In this document: positions 22,937 through 35,000 of the stretch, one piece after another
Position numbering within the stretch: position 1 is the first letter of the stretch
Layout: each line of letters opens with the position of its first letter
Notes under the pieces: model-generated
What the model saw: the letters and a program-made list of their open reading frames with translations, nothing else
The model's database searches: none
Told to the model about the DNA's origin: nothing
Made by a program: the position numbers and the translations under genes
Source: Utricularia gibba
Taxonomy: Eukaryota; Plantae; Magnoliophyta
NCBI GenBank assembly: GCA_002189035.1
Contig: NEEC01000008.1
Coordinates: forward strand, 2,480,001-2,544,000
Reading direction: 5' to 3'
Length of the DNA: 64,000 bases

Positions 22937-25900
22937 ATGGATTTAGAAGTGATGGACACTCCGAATGCAAGCAGCAGCAACAAGATAGTTGCACCCGCCG
23001 GAAAAATTGAGGTTTAATTTGGATTCCTCCCGCAAAGCATCCGTCTTTCTGTTACATTTTAGTTTCTCCTTTTGGGTTTTTTTTGTTTGCTGGAATCTTC
23101 TTATTTGGTGGGTTTTGCGCGGTATTCTACTTTAGTAAGGCTCATCTATCCGATTTGTACCGTTGGACTACTTTGTTAATTCCCAGCGAAAAAAACGGGT
23201 CTTTTCAGTTGATTTTGTTAATATCATTGCATTTTTCCTTGAGTTGTCTGATGGTTTCCAGGGTGTATGATATGCTCAGAATTACATTTTTTTTTCCTTT
23301 TATGTTGATCCAGCATCTGCCATCCTTGTTTCCTTCAAGTAATGACAGTTTTCCCGCCGCATTGTGCAGGATTCACCCATTTATAACTTTATCAATAATC
23401 TTTCACCCATTAAACCAGTTGAGTCTTCGCGAGTTTCTCAGACGATCAATCCGCTTTTCCTTGCATCACCTCCATCAGTTTTCACTTCACCTCAGATCAA
23501 TTCTCAAAGGGACGCTAGAATTCTTCTAAGGTAGCAAATGTGGTTACTGTTAGTGATTGTGTTGTTTAGTTGAGTTTAGGAAAAATTTATTAAATGCTTC
23601 TATCTGGTAGGCACCAGCTCCCTGAACCATCAAAACCCGAATTTGCTTCAGATTGTGGGATTACAGCAACGGAAAGTCAGCTAACTACCGATGGTTCTAA
23701 GTCTTTGGCACTGGAAGTGCATGTACAGAACCTCAAGCCCAAGGAATCTGCTGGAAAAGCACCTGGTGAGATACTTTTTGAATGCCTTCAGTTTGTGGTT
23801 GATTCTTCAGAAGATCCGAGTGACAATGGTGCTATTCCTAACTAATGCTCTGTTTTTGAAGCTGGAAACATGGTTCCATGCAATTCCTCAAGACGTGTAT
23901 CATGTGTGCTAGACTCATGTCAAGGAATTCCGTATGGAACTAGAGGGGACTCAGAGGGGGAAGACAACGCTGATCAAACTGCAGAAGTCACGTCCTCTGA
24001 ATGGGATTGTTTGATTGCCGATGCATTGAAATTTGAGTCACCAAATGAAGAAAATTCTTACAGGACATCAGTCAATCCTCAGTCAAATACCTACATGACC
24101 GTTGAACATGAGATGCATGTCTCCACTGAGCAACTTGGAGGGGGCAATGGAAAGGACTCCTTATGTACCGTGCTTGGAGAAGGAATGGATATTGGTGACG
24201 CTCATGAATGTATAACTGGTTCATCAGCAAGTGATCCTGACAATGCCATGGATTGTGAGGTAAAAACTTCACTCAGCATTCTTAGTGCATTTGAACTCTC
24301 TACCACAATCCTTTTTTTTTTTTTTTTTTTTTTACGTATCTGTAGATTGAAAATGTCTGTTCACTCTTCAATGTTATCTCCTTTCCCTAGCATCATTTTG
24401 GCATTTACCGAGGGATGAGACGACGCTGCCTGGTGTTTGAGATGGGGGCTGCTGGCAGAAAGCATTTAAAACAGAACTATGGCCCTGAATCATCTTCCAT
24501 ACAGCAGCCTGAAACCGCTGATTTCTCGAATGATCAAAGTCTAGTTCCAATGAAGGATGAAAACCAGTCATTATGCCATCTATTACCAGGGATCGGTTTG
24601 CATCTAAATGCTCTTGCTTCAACTCCCAACAACTCCAAAACTGGTAGCCATGATTCTTCAGCTTCCAGACGTCTATTGATAGGACCCAGCTCCTCTGTCA
24701 ACTTCCAATCTACGATTGGAAATCAAGAACTGCATAATGATATTCCTTCTGCTGGCACTGACAGAGCAGATCTTGGCCAGGAATCTGCATATATTGCAAC
24801 TGAAGATATGAGTCACAGTAGCTCAAAGAGGAAGAGGTTTTTCCCACCTGCTCATCTGTACATGATTTAGATACCTTTTTAGATCTATCTAATGTACTGC
24901 TGGGATACAGACGTAGGTCAGAACCATCTGCAGAAGCTGAAGGCTGTAAGAGGTGTAACTGCAAGAAATCAAAGTGCCTAAAGCTGTATGTCTTTTAATT
25001 TATCTGCTTCTCATGTTCGTGGCTTTTCTTGCTGTTTATGATGATGCCTTCTTTCTGATACAGATATTGTGAATGTTTTGCGGCTGGTGTCTACTGTATG
25101 GAGCTTTGTGCTTGTGTTGACTGCTACAATAAGCCTGCCCATGAAGACACAGTCCTAGCAACTCGCACTCAAATAGAATCAAGAAATCCTCTTGCTTTTG
25201 CTCCCAAAGTGATCCCAGGATCTGATATGCTCTCTGAAACAAGGGTTAGAGGCTGGATTTGGAGATTCGCGTCTCATGCTCTCCTTTTGTGAGATTCCAT
25301 ACATTTATGGTATTCTATGCTCATTTTTTCGCAGGATTACTCTACCAAGACACCAGCTTCTGCTCGACATAAGCGTGGATGCAATTGCAAGAAATCTGGC
25401 TGCCTGAAGAAATATTGTGAATGCTATCAGGTTTTCTCCCTTTTCCTCTATGCTTTTGCTGCTTTCGCTTAGCTTGAATGCTTATGGAAGGCTTTCACTC
25501 TCTCGAAGAGTGGAGTTGGTTGCTCCTTTAACTGCAGATGTGAAGGTTGCAGGAATGCATTTGGTAGGAAGAACGGTGAGTTTGCATTATGAGCAACAAC
25601 ATTCACCTCGAAATCTGAATTCGTTCATCTATCTTGAATCAGGATATCTTGTCGGCATGGAAGCTGATGTTGAAGACCATGGAAAGGATGCAAGTGACGA
25701 GAGTTTTTTTCATGGAACTCCCCATGAAACGTTACTTGAAAACAACTTTGATTCAGATACTCCTGCAACTCCTAAAAGGAACAAAAGGCATGGAATACTA
25801 GCAAGCATCTGATGCTCATTTTTTCATCTAATTTTAAATCATTGCTTGGTTATCTTTTTATAACAGGCAGTTGATTCAGCTCCAGTGTTCCTCCAAGAAG

Positions 25901-26184
25901 AAACCTCCTAGAGCATCTGTGTCTACGATCAATATCAGGAACGTACTTGGTGGTAAATCAAGCTTCAAGCTACCACCAAACTCTGATCAACATTTGGAAA
26001 CTGTGAAAGAAGATGACATTTCCAATGTCATGCATGAATTTTCGTCTCCAAGCTGTGTTGTCAAATCATTGTCCCCAACGGGAAAAGGGTATCACCCCCT
26101 CATAGCGCAACAGGCCTCAGGAGCAGTAGAAAGTTGATACTTCAATCTATACCATCATTCCCTTCACTCACTCAAAACCAATGA
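22937..26184 (+). CDS. TCX2: Tesmin/TSO1-like CXC (CPP domain) protein, LIN54 homolog; frameshift near the C-terminus as sequenced
   Basis: [17 protein letters not shown] (exon from 23370) and [11 protein letters not shown]. Two CXC domains: [17 protein letters not shown] and [18 protein letters not shown], linked by [12 protein letters not shown]. The terminal [15 protein letters not shown] motif is in a shifted frame. Assignment among TSO1/SOL1/TCX2 is uncertain. Confidence 0.9.
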
Positions 26185-27903
26185 AGTCATTCGCTCTTGC
26201 ATGCAGAAATATATCCAAACTCCAGGTATGTAAGATGTGCTGCCTTAGTTTTGTGCAATATGAGTTGTTCCTCTTCTTGTATGATGTTGTTAGTTGGAAA
26301 AATAATGCAAATTTGTTGGATATACTGACTGTTGTATGCCTTATATTTCTGTGAATTGTCAGCTTTACTTCAAACGTACATGAAAGAATAATTCCTGAGA
26401 CCATGCATTGGAGAATAATGAAAGTAAATTGCAGGATTGTAGCTTAACATTCTCTTCCTTAGTCCACATGATGTCACATAGGTGCTAACTAGACATGGAA
26501 TGCTGCCCCATTAGCCCATACATGCATTGGATACGTTCATTATGGGCTGAACCAGGGTTGCCCAAACAACTTATTCTGTGACTGCTGCTCTTTTGATGGC
26601 TAGATACCCGGTTGGTTCAGCTGGTGTCTCCAGTACCAGAGCTGTGGGTAAAAGCCCCTATGTTGGATGCATTTGTATTGGGCTTGAGTAGTTGTAATCA
26701 TCTTTTGGTGATTTGTTCTGGCATGCTGAGCCCATCTGCATTTCAGAAATGACCGAACGCCTCCTACATCTCTCTTTGCCTCCGGGATGACGATGATCCA
26801 CCCCCTGCGGGTGAGTGCTTGCTACAATCATTCCCAGGTAAGCATTCTACAGCAGCAAGCAGCATGGAAGGCTGGAACATATGAAAAAGAACAGTAAAAT
26901 TTTCATAGAATTGGATAAACACTGATAAAGGCTTGATTCTCTCATATCCATGAAAATTTTGTTCAGAAAAGAGGACAGCGGATCTCAGGCTGAAGACAAA
27001 ATAGCTGCACATGGTTTGTCTGAGACACCCCACGGCATTTTCCAAAAAGTGAACCTTCAATAATAATGCAATGTAATAACTATTCCCCTAACCCCTACCT
27101 TTGTTTATGGCTTAAATCTAAATGCATGCATCCAAGGAGCAGGAATTGACTCAAAAGAATTTTTCAGCCTTAGTTTAATATATGCTGTATCAGTTCTTTT
27201 CTTCTTCCGGAGTTACCCGACAAGCTGAAGTGCCCGTGACCTGACCCCAAGGAGCAGCAGCTGAGGTCCTCTGCTCAGTTTCAGCAGCCTTTTCTTTTGT
27301 CTGCTTTTCACCCAAGTAACGCAACATCAACGGCGTACGTGCACCTCGGTAAATCCTAAAAGGAACTCCAGGATCCCACACCGGCTTCTTTAATGAAAGG
27401 GGCAGCTGAGCTTTCTTTGCATTCGGCCAGGAAAACGACCCACCACAAATTTCTCATCTTTCACTGCTAATGCTGACGCTTATTTTTCCCATTTCTGAGT
27501 AAAACAGTAAAACCCTTTTGGGTTGAAAGCGGTATGTATCAGAAAGAAAGGAGCATTTGAGGCAACTTATTGCTTCACTTGCCTTCCATTACGCCACTTT
27601 TAAAAAGCGAATAAGTTAGAAGTTAACAGCATTTATGTTCTTTAGTGTGTGGGTGTATCGAATTGATCATTCATGCTCGTCAACCAGTGGGGTACGACTG
27701 TGAAGTGTGAACGTGAAAAGATGGTGGCCAATGGCCCGCTTCAAAGCTTTTTTTAAGCATCAGCCATATCCATGCTATTAATACCCGAGTCTAACCAGCT
27801 GCATGGTAGCCAAACCACATCCAAAAAATGGGTTTTGTTAGGTGTTGTATTTCAGACAATATTGTCATCCAAGCTCCTGTCTCCCACTCAGTGGCTTCTT
27901 TTG

Positions 27904-28030
27904 TCAAAGTAGTCCGTTGAAGCCGACCCCTGACTTGTTCAAAATGTCTTGTAGCAGATCATACTGAGTTTTCCAGTTCTCTGATAATCGCTTTCTACTC
28001 GATATCGAATGTGATATTCGAGTGAGGGCT
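27904..28030 (-). mobile_element. Possible degenerate PIF/Harbinger Myb/SANT-like ORF fragment
   Basis: Translation ENWKTQYDLLQDILNKSGVGFNG resembles the WK..Y....L..SG.GW core of plant Harbinger-associated Myb/SANT proteins. It is flanked by stops, and no TIRs or DDE nuclease were seen. Confidence 0.3.
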
Positions 28031-31000
28031 ACGGAAAGCTAATGTCTTGGTTGCAAGCATCATCGAGTGTGGCAGAATGAATGATGGGGGGAAAAACAAA
28101 GAGGAGAAATGGATATCCACAGGGTGTTTATCCCAAAACCTCAATCATAGTCAAGTGTAGCAGATGAGCAACAGAAGACAAGATTCATTATTATGCTTTC
28201 CTGCACAAACCTTAAACTGAGGCACATCTCCATAACTACCTTTGGCGTGTATCCAAAAAGAAACACGTTTGCTTTAATGCTCTTTGATGTACCAGCGATT
28301 CGTACAGGAAGAGAAGCAAACATGACAAGGGTAGTGCTGTCTGAGGGACAGTGTTTGAGAAAGCAGATGTCCAGAACCTGAAAGTTAACAACTTGTAGGC
28401 GTTATCAGGTTCCACTGATGATTGATCTGAGTTTAACAACGATGGCATTCCACCACGGCCAACCCAACCCCAGAACTCCCCGGTCCTCTAAGACAACAAG
28501 CTAACTGTACAACACAACCATCTCAGATCGGAATTCTAAACAGTAAACAGATCAATCAGGCAAGGTGTCTTCAGGACGACGCAAAGGCACTCAAGTAATC
28601 CAGTTCCTCAGTTTCCATCCCAGCAATCTAAGTAGATGGGGTAGGTGCTAATCACATCAGCAGTCAATCGGTTCACCGAGATTGATTTTTGTGTACCGCC
28701 CTCCTCCTCATTTGATTGCTAGAGGCCAAGACAAGGGAGGTGCATTATTTCCCTCTTGTTTGGTGACTGACAAACACATGGCGCCGGTAGGCATCAAAGT
28801 GTTCCTACAAGCTGGCCCTTTTATGCAACATTTATCGTATGCGATTCCATCATTATCGCCGCTTCGGACCACATGACGAGAACGCAGACGCTGCCTCATA
28901 ATTGGAAAAGCCTCAAAATCCCTCCTCACCCAATAACTTAACTACCTTCCTCCACTTTACCCACACCGCATCACCTTTTTTTTTTTTTACCGCACATGGT
29001 AAAAATATAGTATAAATTATGTTAAGTTATATTAGATAAATTATAAAGAATACCCTTTTATAAATAATTATTTTATTAAAAAAGTGTTCATTTATGAAAA
29101 ATTTAATTATGGATTTAATAAATAGAATTTTATTTTTTTACTATGATATAAAACTACACCAACTTTTTTTTCTTACATCTCAATCATCTTAATTTTCAAT
29201 CCATACTTGTTGCCAGTCATAATCTCCTTGGGTCGCAAGAGAGGGAAATTTTTTTTAAAAAAAAGTAAGATGAAATATTTTTTATTAATTAATATATTTT
29301 ATAAATAAAATATTATATCAAATACATATTGACACGTTAACGTTAATACTTCAATAATCACACTTTCAATATAATAATTACTTAACAATCCCTTCAGAAA
29401 ACGCTATAGTCATCTTTTAGTGAGCTTTTTTTTTTGTTTTTTGTAATATAACGACAGTTTTTTAAATGATTTTATTATCCTAAAAAATAAGAATTTACAT
29501 ATATTTTTTATCTTTTAAAAAGATATAAATGCGTATCTTCTATTTTATTAAAATAATATTTCAAAAATTGATTTTCGAGAATCCAACGTGTGCATTGAGA
29601 CCCAACTGATAAATATCAATCATGGCATCATTCTAATTCTAAAGCGGTCTCCCATTTCTCATGGTTTCCGCATACAATGCAAATCAAACCCTTATTAGAA
29701 CAAATAATCTCATATCAATCTGAATTCGAAATTAAGATGACCAACTATAAAATGAATTATATATCACTAATAATCAATTAAATTTAATATTTTTTAATGT
29801 GATTTATGTTTGTAATGTAAACAATATTTTTGTCCCAATACCCCAACCCATGTATTCATTAATCCTCTTGCCAAGGCCAGCTACCCACCACATGGATCTT
29901 AATTATTGAGTCATTAATATGACCCCACCCCCCCTTCTTAAACCTTACATTATCATTATCAGCCCTTCTTCTCTCTTCAACCCTCACACACACACGGGTA
30001 ACAGTCCTTCATTTTAGCCCTAGAGTCACCCCAGTTAAAGGGAGTGAAAACCACATTACAAATTTAGTCATACTTAATGAAGTATGTTAAAAAGTGATAG
30101 AATGACCACTTTTGTAAATGACACCAAAACATACCCCAATTTTACGTTTCAAAATTATTAATTTATATTATTTCTTTTCATAATATATAATATCACCTTA
30201 CAAAAATATTAGTATTACTATCATGTTCAATATATTGCCCAAATAACTTATTCTCCAGGTAAAAATAACAAAAATCGGATATTTTTTTTTATAAAAAAAT
30301 GGTAAAGCAGCACGTGAATAACATTGACAGAATCAAATTTATTACATCGTAAATTATGAAAAACATGTGATTGTGACGCACAATTTCTAGAGCACTATAT
30401 TTGGAATAACTTCAAATGCAATTGTGACATATGAATGCATACGTGAACTATGTTTTAAAATGATTGGTTCAATACCGGTCCGAATTTTTTGGATTCGATT
30501 CAATAATTTGTATAATTAAAATAATATTAAATTTAAATAATTATTTTTATTTTCATAATTAAAAATAATGAATTAGATTCAATCTCCTTTCATTTAATAA
30601 TATTATGTATTTGGTAGATAGGACAGAGATGCACAGAATCCTGCAATTGTATTCTTGTTACCTAACTTCATTCATGGGTAAGTTCTGTGTGTTCACCGAG
30701 TTTCTGGGAATGGGTTGGGTGTGAGTGTGGACAGAAGGAGGGTTAGGTTTTAGATGCGAATGGAGGTATATGATGATTGCCCACAAGTGAATAAAGGGGG
30801 GGAGAGGAGTCAACAAAGTGAACCAAAGAAATATGGCCGTTGTCAGGGTGAAGCCATTTCCGCTTTTCTTTCTCGAGTGTAAACCCATGACTCGGTCGGG
30901 ACAGTTCACAATTCACATCATTCGGATCTGATCTGGAGTTGCTCTGAAAAGGGTCCATTCATACAATATAAAAAAAGCATTGTGTGGATTTGTTGGTATA

Positions 31001-32075
31001 TTTTTTTAGGGGACTGATTGGTATTGATATATTAAGGATTTGTGTGTTGTGTCTGTGTGTGTGCGTGGATCTCTACTTTTCTACCGTCTCCCCAGAGTGA
31101 CAGAGCAGCAGCACCACCACCAACCAACCGAGGGCCAGCCTGACTGCGTAGTGAAGATGACCCATCAGTATAAGGAGAGAGAGAAGCTGTGAGGAGAGAA
31201 GATGCTCCCGGACCAGAATGCGCCGCGGTTTGAGAGAGGAACAAATGGGGTGAAGAATCTTTTCATTTCCGGCTTCATGGGTAACTTTATTTTGTTTCTT
31301 TGATCTCTGTTGCGCCCCAGAGGATCAAGGCTCCGGTATTTTGATCACCATTCTGGGGAATTAGACCAAAGATCTCATCTTTCAAGGTCCATTTGCGCCT
31401 CTGTTACTTCTGTTTTACTTCATTCCATGGCCACTTTGAGGGTGATCTGCTTTGGCTGAATGTATCCCGACTTTTCACTTTTTTTTTTCTTCTTTTTGTT
31501 GTCGGAGCTTCGTAAAACCATTTGTTTAACTCCCTGTGGAACCAGTACTCTCATTCGTCTCTTCCTGTAGATATTCTGTGTGGAAATGCTCAACCTTGTG
31601 TGATTTCATCGTTTTCTGTGTATGAAACGTAACTTGAGTTGGTTCTCAGTGTTCTTAAAGACTATGGGTTCGGGAATACCAACATGATTTTTTAGCCTAT
31701 GTGTGACAGTTACCGTTTTACTTTTATCCTGCTGTTGAAATTGGCGTACTGTACCATGATCAATGATGACTCTGTGGGATCCAACTTGTTCCATTACGCG
31801 GTTAACTACTGTAAACTCTAGTGTGTTTTACTGGCCTAAATCTGAGAGAATCCTGTCTTTGGGTCTTGGTTCATCCAGGTTTCTTTAGTTGATCATTTTA
31901 GTGAATCCAGTCAAGAGGAGCATTAGCAGAGTTTCAGCTGACTTAATCGATCAAGTAAATCACCTGTTTTTTCATTAGCAATTTGGAACAGTTCGTTGAA
32001 TATTCATTCTTCTCTTTTCCATGATCGTAATATTCATGTTGTTTTCCCATTTTCATTCAATCCAGTTCTGAGGCA

Positions 32076-35000
32076 ATGGCGGCAGTGCCCCGATCTGAAT
32101 CCAGGCGCCTGTATTCTTGGTGGTGGGATAGTCACAATACCCCAAAGAACTCAAAATGGCTCCAAGAAAATCTTACAGGTTAGAGATGAGGGATAATGGC
32201 TGCTTATGCTGTCCATGGATCTAACATGTTTTTCACTTATCTTGAATCAGATATAGACGACAAGGTGAAGTCCATGATCAAGCTCATCGAAGAAGATGCA
32301 GATTCTTTTGCAAGACGGGCTGAAATGTATTACAAGAAACGTCCTGAGCTGATGAAGCATGTTGAAGAATTCTACCGTGCATACCGAGCTCTAGCTGAAA
32401 GATACAACCATGCAACTGGAGAACTTCGCCATGCACATCGAACACTGGCAAAAGCGTTTCCTGATCAAGTGCCTCCTGAACTGTATCAGGACTCGCCACC
32501 TTCAAAACCTTTGGCTTTGGGACAGGAGCCTCATACTCCTGAAATGAAACCTCTCTTGATTGATGCTTGTGACATGCTGCCTTTGGATGAATGCAGCCCT
32601 TTTGGAGCCAAGTCAGTTTCCTCAGGTACTAGCCAACGGCAACGATACTCAGAAGGTCGATTGACAAGAAGGGCTTTAAAATATGATTTGTCTGAGGACC
32701 AGTTGTCTTCATCTGTTGAAAGTAGAAGCTTTGATGATGAGGTGAATCTTCTGTCTACTGAAAATCAGAATCTTAAGAATAAGGTTCTTGAGGAGAGTGA
32801 ACGAGCAGGAAAAGCAGAGGCTGAAGTTGAGAGCTTAAAGCAGGCTCATGATGCTTTGCAAGCTGAAATGGAAAACGTGCTCCTGCAGCATCAGATGTGC
32901 TTGTCGAAGCTATCACTTGTCGAGGCTGAGTGTTCCAATATGCAGAATGATTCGACAAGGCTCATTGAGAAAGCCAACCAAGCCGAAATTGAAGTCCAGA
33001 CACTCAAAGAAGCTCTGTTTCATCTGGAGGCTGATAAGAATGCTGGATTGGTTAAACACAAGGAGTATATGGAGAAGATATCTATCCTTGAGGCCAAGCT
33101 TGCTCGAGATGGAGAACATAGACAAAGTCTTGTTTCAAGAGAGAAAGAAGCTTTGAGTGAAGTTCAGTTTCTAAAAGAAGAAATCTCAAGATTGAAGATT
33201 GAAAAGGATGCTGCAATTCATAGGTACACAGAACTTCAAGGAAAAGCATCATCTCTTCAGGAGGTCATTCATGGTACAGAAAATGAGGCTGCGCTACTAA
33301 AGAAGCAGGCAGAAATAGCTGAAGCTGAAGTTCGTGAGCTCAAGAAGTTGATTGAAGATCTGATCAAACAGAAAGAAACTTTTGCTATTCAGTATCAATG
33401 TTGCATGGAGAGGATGGCTGAGCTTGAGCATGATTTATTAAGTGCAAAAGAGGAAGTGAAGCGCCTTAATAATGAAGTTTTAACTGGAATTATGAAATTG
33501 AAGAATGCTGAAGATAAGTGCAATCTGCTTAAGGTATCAAACGACTCACTGAAGAATGAGGCAGAAAACCTGGTAAAGAAAATTGCTGTGAAAGATCAAG
33601 AACTTTATGAAAAGCAGCATGAGTTGGAGAGTATACAAACTTGTTTGCAAGATGAGCATGTGCGCCGTGGTAAGATTGAATCCACTCTGGATACATTGAG
33701 GAAATTGCATTCTCAATCCCAAGAAGACCAAAAGGCTCTTGCTGCTGAGCTCAAGAACATGCTTCAAGCGCTTACTGACTTGGAGTTGAACAAACAAGGA
33801 TTGGAAGAAGCATTTCGGCATGCTCAGGATGAGAATGAGACTCTGTGCTTGAAAAACTTGGCTGCTGCTGCTTCTATGGAGAAATTGCAGGGAGAAATTT
33901 TAACCTTAAGTGAGATCAAGTCCAAGCTAGAAAAAGAATTGTGTCTGCATACCAGCAAGGGCGAATCACTTGAACAAGAGGTTTCACTTTTGAAAGAAGA
34001 AATACGGGAGTTGAATGAAAGCTATCAGGATGTAGTTGAGCAAGTGAAAACAGCAGGGTTAACCCCTGAACTTCTAGCATCTGCTGTGAGGAGTTTAAGA
34101 GATGAAAACTCGTCTCTGAAACAAAATAATGACCAAATCAATCAAGAGAAAGAAATTTTGTTGGAGGAGATCAAACAACTTGTTGGAAAAAATGTGGCTT
34201 TAGAGAACTCTCTGAATGATGACCTTGGTAAATCAGAAAGGAAGATGAGTGCATTAGAAGAATCCTGCCAATCTCTTCGTGGTGAAAACGCCGAACTTTT
34301 CGCTGAAAAAGCAGCTCTTCTTTCTCAGCTGAATGTTGTGACAGAGAGTATGCACAGGTTATTGGAAAAGAACGCTGTTTCAGAGAACTCATTATCAGCT
34401 GCTAGGACTGAACTGGAAGTTTTGAAGGAAAAATCCAAGGGATTGGAAGAAATCTGTGAGCTTCTTCGGAAGGAAAGGTCTTACCTTTTAAATGAAAGAG
34501 ATAGCTTGTCGTCAAAGTTGCAAACCGTCGAGCAAAAAGTTGAGAGCTTGGAGAAGCGGTGTTCGGGACTCCAAGAAAAATATGCTTGCCTAGAGAAGGA
34601 GAAGGAAGCCATGCATATTCAAGCTCAAAAACTCGAGGTTTCTTTGAGTGTAGAAAAGCAAGAAAGAAAGAACTCCAAAATGCAGAGTGAAATAAGAATG
34701 GTTGGACTGGAAAAACAAATTCATATGTTGGAAGAGGAGAACAGATGGCAGAGGCAAGAATATCAAGCTGAGCGTGAGAAATCTCTTAAAGCTCAACTGG
34801 AGTACTCGGCCCTGCAGAAGTTTGTTAAAGATGTTGAAGAGAAAAACTGCTCACTAATATCTGAGTGCCAGAAACATGTTGAGGCGTCTCTGTTGGCAGA
34901 GAAGTTGATCCTGGAGCTGGAAACTGAAAGCCTCCAGCAACAGGTGGAAGCTGAACTTCTTTTGGATGAGATTGAACGTCTGAGATTCGATATTTACGAG

